Shown in pieces: positions 12,901 through 18,600 of a stretch of DNA of 19,804 nucleotides (positions are counted from its first letter, which is position 1; each line of letters starts with the position of its first letter). The notes under the pieces are model-generated. The model was not told the DNA's origin. It saw only the letters and a list, made by a program, of their open reading frames with translations, and made no database searches. The stretch covers positions 1-19,804 of the forward strand of contig JBDRCO010000058.1 of NCBI GenBank assembly GCA_043821645.1. The letters are read 5' to 3'. This DNA is from Pseudomonadota bacterium. Lineage in GTDB: Bacteria; Myxococcota; JACRCW01; JAFGSX01. The translations under genes were made by a program, and so were the position numbers.

Positions 12901-15039
12901 GTCGTCGTCGTAGCGGAAGACCAGCGTGTAACCCGTGGCCGCGGGCACATCGTCGATGCGGAAGAGGCCCAGTGGATCCGTCGCCGCCGACAGCGAGGTT
13001 CCGAGCACCGACACCACGATTCCGGCGTTGTTGGCCCCGCTGTCCAGCCTGGCGACGCCGGCGATGGATCCGCGCGCCAGGCGCAATGACAGGGCCTCGA
13101 CCGTGGTGGTGGCACCGGGGAGCACCGTGTAACGCGCCACGGTCCTGACCTCGCCGTAGCCCGCCTTCTGCATCACGAGCTGGCGATTGCCCGCAGCCGG
13201 GATGGCGGCGATCACGAAATCGAATTCTCCGCGCTGGCCCGTCGCTGCCCACTGCGCTGTGTAGCTCTGACCGTCCACCAGGGCGGTCACGCCAGCGGCA
13301 TCCCCGGCGCTGCCATCGGTGGCGTCCTCGACCAGCAGCCTGCCGGCCAGGGCGCCTCGGTCGTCGAACTCGATGGTGTCCGAGAACATCGCGGATGTGT
13401 TGCCCGCCACGTCTGTGACCAGGGCGTTGATCTGACGCATCGTGCTGGCGTAGCTCAGGGGCTGCAGTTGCACGCTCCACAGCTCGGCGACAGGCAGCGG
13501 CTCCGGGACGGGCTGACCTTCTTCCCATACCTGCATGCTGACCACGCCATTCGCATCGCTGGCCTGCACCTGCACCGGCACCAGGGCACCGCCGGTGACG
13601 GCCCCTGGCAACACCAGGGATACCGCCGGTGGTGTGGTATCGACCCATGCGCTGACCTCGACGGCGGCACTCGTGTTGCCCGCGCGATCGCGCAGGTAGG
13701 CGAACACCTTCTTCTCGCCCTCCCCCGCCGTGAGTCCGATCTCGTCGTCGAGCCGCACCAAACCTGGAGGCGACTCGGTCAGGGCAAAGCTCAGCGACAG
13801 GGGATCGCCTGCGCTGTTCTGGGCGTCGTGGTGCAGGACCATGCCGTAGACCGCGCTTACTGTGTCCTGGCCATCCACCTCGACGCTGAGCACCACGGCA
13901 TCCTGGTTGAGCCAGATGCGCCCCAGGGCCCCGGTGGTCCGGCCCCGTAGCCGCGCCCCCAGGACGGCCGGGGGCGTGACGTCCCGCACCACCTGAGTCG
14001 AGAACAGGCCGCTATCGAAGGTGAAGCCGCTGACCTGCGTGTTGCGGAATTGTGCAAGCAGCGTGAGGACACCCTCGCGTGCCGGCAACGGCACGTCGGC
14101 GGTGGCCGCGAAGGGCACCCAGTCCAGGGTCCCACTCGCTGCCGGGTTGTCGGCCCACACCTGCATCTCATTCATGCCGCCGAACTGCAGCACCTGTACC
14201 GGTATGCTGTCGTCGCGCGTGTAGTACTGACCAAAGGTCTGCTGCACGGCCGGGATCAGCACTGCCGACACCGGGTACAGTTGCAGAGCCTGGGTGTCCT
14301 CGAAGCGCACCGTGTTCTGGGCTTCCACCAGGTCGCGCTGAATCTCGAAGCCTGCGCGGTAGTCCGGGGTGTAGCCCTCGAGCTCCGCTGACAGGGCGTA
14401 GGTTCCCGGCGTCAGCTCCCTGAAATCAAACCCTCCCTGGGCATCCGCATAGGCCAGCGCCACCTGCACCACGGAGGCACCCTCGCGGCGATGGAGTCCA
14501 ACCCTCGCCAAACCGCCGTCTCCCGAGAACAGATTCACCTGGCCGAGCACACGTCCGGTGCCAGGCTGCAGCTCGGTGCTCGGCACGAAGTAGCGCAGGG
14601 TGCCGAGGTCGCGGTCCTCGCCCGGGAGCAGGTCGACCGTTGGCATGGCAGGTGGGAGGTAGCGCGGATCCACGCCCTCGACGTCGAGAGCATAGCGGCC
14701 TGCCTGCAGTTCGCCGACCACGGCACGGGCGGTGCGCGTCGACCCGTCGCAGGCGAGGGCGAGCACGGTCGATCCGTCACCGCCGCAACGTGCGGTCTTG
14801 AGCGTCGCCGGGCTTGCCCCTCGCACGCGCACCGTCAGGGCCGCCAGCGCCACATCCGCCGACGCCGGATCCAGGCTCAGGTCGTCGAGAAACAGCGCCA
14901 CTCGGAGTGATCCCCTGGCCTGCTCCTGCTCAGGCGCCCTCGGGTCATAGGGATTGGCAGGGAGAAAGTCCTGGCAGGCCGCGATCCCGGCCAGGACCGT
15001 GATCGTGAGGCCGGTCAACAGGTGCGATCGATGTGACAT
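6913..15039 (-). CDS. Giant predicted surface lipoprotein (2708 aa), adhesin-like
   Basis: Signal peptide with lipobox IAA-C22, followed by NPYDP; AGGGGG upstream of the ATG. About 4 carboxypeptidase-regulatory/Cna-B-like domains (e.g. GGFDFRELTPGTYALSAELEGY), about 12 Ig-like repeats, an FN3 domain (VTASW...LDNRIPYYFRVRAVD...GPWS), and two blocks of six Cys-pair repeats separated by a second FN3-like unit. Confidence 0.85.
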   Translation of the reverse strand: MSHRSHLLTGLTITVLAGIAACQDFLPANPYDPRAPEQEQARGSLRVALFLDDLSLDPASADVALAALTVRVRGASPATLKTARCGGDGSTVLALACDGSTRTARAVVGELQAGRYALDVEGVDPRYLPPAMPTVDLLPGEDRDLGTLRYFVPSTELQPGTGRVLGQVNLFSGDGGLARVGLHRREGASVVQVALAYADAQGGFDFRELTPGTYALSAELEGYTPDYRAGFEIQRDLVEAQNTVRFEDTQALQLYPVSAVLIPAVQQTFGQYYTRDDSIPVQVLQFGGMNEMQVWADNPAASGTLDWVPFAATADVPLPAREGVLTLLAQFRNTQVSGFTFDSGLFSTQVVRDVTPPAVLGARLRGRTTGALGRIWLNQDAVVLSVEVDGQDTVSAVYGMVLHHDAQNSAGDPLSLSFALTESPPGLVRLDDEIGLTAGEGEKKVFAYLRDRAGNTSAAVEVSAWVDTTPPAVSLVLPGAVTGGALVPVQVQASDANGVVSMQVWEEGQPVPEPLPVAELWSVQLQPLSYASTMRQINALVTDVAGNTSAMFSDTIEFDDRGALAGRLLVEDATDGSAGDAAGVTALVDGQSYTAQWAATGQRGEFDFVIAAIPAAGNRQLVMQKAGYGEVRTVARYTVLPGATTTVEALSLRLARGSIAGVARLDSGANNAGIVVSVLGTSLSAATDPLGLFRIDDVPAATGYTLVFRYDDDHSTEQRTGVQVQAGQVTQVSTEGSPVILVTLQGGVAITEGNFTNALVVHLLLSFEGAMEYRASEDPSFADTSYRAFTDAATGCQNQGGGAWRCPFTLADSDALHRVHVQFQDPAQGGFESDLRSDTITLDRVPPSTGSVELAGGAAAVRVLNVEAVVASTDDNGVALMQLSTDGSTYASPVTFHSPFPQVFTGNEGTKCLYARFVDVAGNLSALPAASDCVLYDVTPPTGSLAIVDASGQDLTITNTPGAYLQVSASGASEMRLSSRSDFAGAVWQAVNTTDRTYWPFEPGQGTRTVYLALQDLAGNVAQGQPSLQDSVQIDTQAPAAPIFTVQEGAFTNLPQINLDLANATSGDMVRFESDRAPGAVQSAPATAAVAFTLPAQDGLHLLRVTYRDPAGNDSLASTASITLDRTGPSLLGVSCATCTSVAGEVLSTQQAVTLSIQGGDAAQIRVTGAVSSSTSWQGFASLLAVTLTPGDGLKNVQVELLDAAGNASLPASRSLAIRVDSPTGGVPTTGSLVVTGVDKDGASTARTRDRYAMATSAGFGDGAQGSGLTHFQLSESSSFIGAVWQECPLSSSCNTDLPVVLSTGEGDKTLYLRVRDAAGNVSTGVPSNTLRLDTMAPSLSIVLEGQVAGGAPSNQFSRIPSVFVRVTASDAGSGLSPVTNLLKVANDAAFTAASWRNLGDVTGWTLPAIAVDGSKRVYVLVQDLAGNQTQADASIVLDTRAPASARVLIDEDAVVTGTSSNHSLTLAASDATSGLSQMCLSNTSSCSTWEAFADVKNSWALTAGAGTRTVYAWFRDAAGNEVGPVSDDIQVDLVAPSAASFTIGGFSGNCLVGGSNWVTSTGVTVTLQASDDLGITDYKLAEGSNFGAVGWSPWPGSGAGPFSVSHLLSSDEGQKTLGLRVRDAMGRTIDAATVCVTLDNAPPTLVSVEILGGEYTSSPDVTVRVTAGDSLSTGSGLKLALGNELMLCAAASYSRDFTGCTGTTCVRDFVWTLNASEGSRRVVACVQDGAGRIIGGASDTVLLDLTNPPQIVDLQLVTGSRQVTASWSVVTDVGSDVDHYELNHSPTPDFSGALAQTLDTGLFSSAEITGLDNRIPYYFRVRAVDRASLPGPWSAVRQAVLGFTPVRLGEPEHWRTFANNSFASPALSTAGGRLWLTGYRIPPVGNVTLEVYMCDPRVVDCRLAANWNRVGGDTLNVFDTGTTAPLRVPIVEAGGRIYLATLSTSAGTRALVVRMCFVDNTCLDGSDWAPVTVDTGDTIHHQFVDLVSTGSRVVLTYFKQSGSPYYPVVASCPMSKRCDAGANWDKPHLTSAPQAMPWVGGTPSTGSDGKRIWVAYRTGTTLYDVAVATCSLGTQCDATTEYNYYTLNAAVSGQSEYRPQLVVTPQRLYLSWYSTTGSYRIRLARCNISSACNSATDWTLGEFINPGSEYNTVPSLHMAYADTALHGTWWNGDEGRVNYGYCLSPDTTDCLSPDQWTTFPLDDNVLLTNEPDIAWQGHNPLVAYREDSGYVRLQMARVAVPTDVAMAPAAGEFRAAWTGLSYLDGYHLVHDVDGPPSWLNTLLLPDPLIERAQISSTPGALQVAALRAMVDGEVSDDSRAVQVQPFKKVEAVADTASFTATCGTGGSQCNGYTVAANSSTLFAAYKSRNSPFQTLLTTCAFTTKDCAQTSNWSTPFAVMQGDRFGVTLLATDNRVFVAEASNGYQTFITYCQASTGCDIASEWSTALTLNTGMWPALAWGNARVMMVTRNSAGGLRGHFCLDASNCSLTGSWTQNVVIDDAAAYTGFDLVATASGFSVVRELALDVNYRHCRNSTACDATADWASYTSNVFDTPATAPTPYSVKIAASANPALQFLTSVHEGYLWVAVCYSSSYTCYDPETWARVRLDIVTHDKGLIVQPLVAGNTLTVLYSTLNEMRLATCQQNCHTREGWHIAPVLRSPELRESFGNRPVFSVVNTDKLVIGYELDTTPAYPLSVLWDGKAVPLE
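7081..9357 (-). repeat. Twelve C-x(3-7)-C-x5-W/Y protein repeats in two blocks of six (probable beta-propeller blades)
   Basis: CDPRVVDCRLAANW, CFVDNTCLDGSDW, CPMSKRCDAGANW, CSLGTQCDATTEY, CNISSACNSATDW, CLSPDTTDCLSPDQW | CAFTTKDCAQTSNW, CQASTGCDIASEW, CLDASNCSLTGSW, CRNSTACDATADW, CYSSSYTCYDPETW, CQQNCHTREGW; period roughly 50-60 aa. Confidence 0.85.
9800..14250 (-). repeat. About 12 Ig-like stalk repeats (...GxKxVY...DxAGN...LDxxPP); boundaries approximate
   Basis: DRAGN, DVAGN, DVAGN, DLAGN, DPAGN, DAAGN, DAAGN, DLAGN, DAAGN, DAMGR, DGAGR, nearly all followed by a D(T/R/V)xxP-type linker. Spacing is about 280-340 nt in the contiguous run 9841-12285. Divergent at DNA level. Confidence 0.85.
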
Positions 15040-15081
15040 GCGAGCCCCCTGAGTGCGAATCCGTGTGGCGACAGGCGGGCC

Positions 15082-15090
15082 ATTCTAGCA
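15082..15090 (-). promoter_or_regulatory. Candidate extended -10 promoter for the giant lipoprotein gene
   Basis: Minus-strand TGCTAGAAT matches TGnTAnAAT and ends 42 nt upstream of the ATG at 15039. No recognisable -35. Confidence 0.45.
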
Positions 15091-15175
15091 GCAATGCCAA
15101 GGCGCACGATCAGTCATCACTGAACCAAACAAATCCATGCAGATCCGGAGGTTCTGATGTACCTTTCAAGTAATC

Positions 15176-15532
15176 ATGGAAGTCAGCGCGAGCCAGCCTC
15201 AGGCGGACAAGCGCAAGCACCTGCGCGTCTCGCTGGTGGTGCGCAGGGTGACCGCCAACGACAGAGTGCGCACCTTCTTCGGCTACGCCGACGACATCAG
15301 CAAGAGCGGCATGTTCATCCACACCGAGAATCCCCGCGAGCCGGGCAGCCAGTTCGAGGTCGAGCTGAGCCTGCCCAGGCCCGTGGCGCAGAATGTGCGC
15401 GTGCATTGCGAGGTGGTGTGGCGACGCCTGCACACCCCGGCCAGCTCCTGCAAGCCTGGCATGGGCTTGCGCTTTCTGGACATGCCCCTCGACGTGGCCG
15501 GGGCGATCGATCGCTGGGCTCGCGAGGGCTGA
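15176..15532 (+). CDS. Stand-alone PilZ-domain protein (resembles the myxobacterial TIGR02266 type), predicted c-di-GMP receptor
   Basis: 118 aa with RxxxR (KRKHLR), DxSxxG (DISKSGMFI) and the CEVVW...PGMGLRF end typical of PilZ domains. Confidence 0.9.
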   Translation: MEVSASQPQADKRKHLRVSLVVRRVTANDRVRTFFGYADDISKSGMFIHTENPREPGSQFEVELSLPRPVAQNVRVHCEVVWRRLHTPASSCKPGMGLRFLDMPLDVAGAIDRWAREG

Positions 15533-15623
15533 GACCCTGCCCGGTCAAGAACCGGAGTTTCCCGCGACGTAAGATCCAAGGAGGAACCCAGCGGACGGGT
15601 CCTCGCACCGTCCAGCCAGGGTC
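15533..15623. other. Multi-stem structure between convergent gene ends
   Basis: GACCCTG (15533-15539) pairs with CAGGGTC (15617-15623) and encloses CCGGT-caaga-ACCGG and GAGG(A)ACCC-agcggac-GGGTCCTC. No classic U-tract. Confidence 0.3.
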
Positions 15624-15648
15624 ATCCGTGGGGAGGCCGCGACGGGGA

Positions 15649-18600
15649 TCACAGCGCGTTCTGGAAGCGCACGTACATGATGTAGTCGCCCTCGTTGAAC
15701 AGCGAACCTGCAAAGTCGCCGCTCACCATCAGGCACCAGGTTCCCGCCGCGACCGAGACGTAGGTGGGCGTGACGTAGTTGCCGATGCGGCTGAAGTGGT
15801 CCCCCGTGACGAGCCCGGCGTCGTCGTTGCATACCGTGGCGCCAGTGCCGCTGGAGCAGGCTCCGCTGTACAGGCCAAGAATGGTATCGAAGCCACCCAT
15901 GACGTCGACAGCGATGCCGTTGGCCGCCGGAAGGGTGAACTGGTACCAGTGATTGCCCGAACCGGACTGCTCGGTGCTCGCCTTGGTGCAATCCGTCGTG
16001 GTCGACGTGTGATCGCCGTTTCCAAGGTTGCTGCCCTTGACAAAGGTGTACCTCTTGCCCGCGTACAGGGGCAGGGTCTCGGCGAACATCCGGTTGAACC
16101 CAGGGCGCGGGGCAATGGGATAGCCGTTCGTGATGACGGCAAAATCCGTCAGGGTCACGACGTTGCCACTGCTGTTGGCCACGCGCAGCGTCCAGTCGCC
16201 CTCCGGCAAGAAGGCATCGACCATGCCCGTGGTCGTGATGTCATTGAGAATCACGCAGTCCGTGCCATTGGTGCAGCCGGTCTTGGGAACCGACGTCGAC
16301 AGGCCATTGGGCGCGAACAAGGTCAGGGTTGTGTTCGTGAAGCTGTTGCTGCGCAGACGCACACGCACCCGTGTCGTGTCTGCATACTGCATGGCCTGGT
16401 GCACGGTCGTGTTGTAGGTCGCGCCATTGGCGATGCTGACCGAGGGCGCGGGCATGTCCGTGAGCTCCTGGGTCCAGCGACCGGGAGCCGGCGAGAGCCG
16501 AACCAGGACCTGATCCGTATCCCTGGCCGTGACCATGTAGTCCAGTGCTCCGTCGCGGTTGAAGTCCGCCATGCCGGCCATGATGGGCTCCGCTCCCGTC
16601 GAGTAAGACCTGGGGGAACTCCACGCAGAACCATCCCACCGCATGAACACGGCCTCGTCGTAGTTGTAGCGCGGGGCGACCACCTCGGGCAGGCCGTCGC
16701 CGTCGAGATCGCCAACCGCTGCGGTATACAGAACACCGCTCCCGGCCGGGGGCCCGGCTGTGAAAACGCCCGAACCATTGTTGATCAGGATCGTGATGCC
16801 GCTGTCTCCGGAGGCAATCAGGTCACGATCGCCATCGCCATCGATATCCCAGGGCTCGGCACTCATGGCACCGCCGCTGAAGGTCACCTCGGTCAGGGCC
16901 ACCATGGAGAAACCCGTGCCGTTGTTGTTGCCGTTGCGCAGCACCTGGATGCCCGTGTCGATGGCAACCACCAGGTCCACATCACCGTCATTATCCACGT
17001 CGTCAAGGGCGAGGCCCCAGGGACTTGCGGTGGTTGCTATGTTCAACTTGTTGCTGAAGGCGCCACTCAGATTGACGTCATTGTCCCGGTAGACCGTAAC
17101 GCTACTGTCACCCGAGTTGGTCACCGCGAAATCCGGACGGCGGTCCCGGTCGAAGTCGGCCACCACCACCTGCTTGGGGAAGGCATTACCAGTGGCCGGG
17201 TTGTCGCCCACTTCATAGAGAGTTGCCGAGCCAAAGGTCCCATCGCCAATGCCCATCTGGACGGCCACCTGTCCATCGCCATCATTGGTGGGCTGTAGCA
17301 TGTCGGTGATGCCATCGCCGTCGACGTCGAAGAAGGTGGGCACGCTGGGGGATGACTGCATGGCAAAGGCTGACCAGGTGAACACACCCGTGCCCTGGCT
17401 CTCGGCACGAACGCCACCGCTGCCCGAGTACGGCGCGATGATGGCGTCCAGGTTGCCGTCGCGATCGATGTCCGCGTAGGCCACACCCCAGGCGTCCGAG
17501 CCCAGGGTGCTGACGTCCCGCATGTACATCATACCCAGCCTGTCACCTTGATTACCCATGAACACGTTGAGTTCGTGACTGTTGATGTTGGAGGTCACGA
17601 GATCGATCACGCCGTCTGCATCGATGTCGCCACCGGCCACACAGCGAGGCGTGTCGCCACCTCCCGTGTACACGGTCTCGGCACCGAAAGTGCCGCTGCC
17701 CGTCCCGAGCCGCACGCGCAAGGTGTCGTCGCTGAACACCGCCACGGCCATGTCCACGCGGCCGTCCCCATTGAAATCGTTGGCGTAGATGTCGAAGGGC
17801 CCGTTCCCCGCCGCGTAGGCCGTGGAATAAGTGAATCCGCCACGACCATCGCCTCTGAACACCGCCACCAGGTCGGCGTTGTAGCCCGTGACCAGCGCGT
17901 CGAGGGCACCGTCCTCGTTGACATCCGCCAGTACCATGCCGCGGGGGCTCGCGATGTTGGCGTGCGAGTTCGTGGTGGCTGCAGCAAAGGTGCCATCCCC
18001 GTTGTTGAGTGCCACCCCGAACTCACCGGTGCTGCTGGTCTGCGATCGGCTCGCGATGAGGTCTGGCCAGCCGTCGTTGTTGACGTCGACGATCACCGGG
18101 CTGTAGTCCCCCACCGACACCGTGATGGCATTATCGAAGGTCCCATCCCCGTGCCCCCGGCGCAGCCGCGCGTTGCTGCTGTTCATGCACACGATGAAGA
18201 GGTCCACCGTGCCGTCGCGATCGACATCGCCTGCAGCGACATCCGTGGGAGTGCAACTCGTCGACGACAGGTCGATGCGTGGGCCCAGATTTCCCAGACC
18301 ATCGTTGTGACGGATCGAGATGTTGGTCGAGAACTGGTTTGCAGTGACGGTGTCGAGGTCGCCGTCGCCATCCAGGTCCACCAGGAGCACGCTGCGCGGG
18401 CCAGCACCCGTGGGGTAGGCCGCTGCCAGCGAATAGCTGGAGGTTCCCCACCTGAAGATCTGCAGCTCGCTGTCGTCATTGGCGACCACCGCAGCGTCCA
18501 GATCGCCATCCCCGTCGAGGTCTCCCAGCGTCACCGCGTAGGGCGTCAGACCCGTGGCCGGAGCGGGCACGGCACCGGCCGGGAAGGTCCCGTCACCCCG

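Noticed and set aside
7078-14950. Many plus-strand and alternate-frame ORFs inside the giant lipoprotein gene
   Set aside because: They are fully nested in a coherent 2708-aa repeat protein and show no independent motifs.
15064-15082. Sigma54-like GG-N10-GC upstream of PilZ
   Set aside because: Only the bare dinucleotides match (TGGCGA...GGGC versus TGGCAC...TTGC), which is expected by chance at this GC content.
15157-17298. 713-aa plus-strand ORF with a good SD
   Set aside because: It overlaps PilZ out of frame and then runs antisense to the FG-GAP gene. It is rich in Arg/Gly/His/Val with no recognisable motif, as expected for a high-GC shadow ORF.
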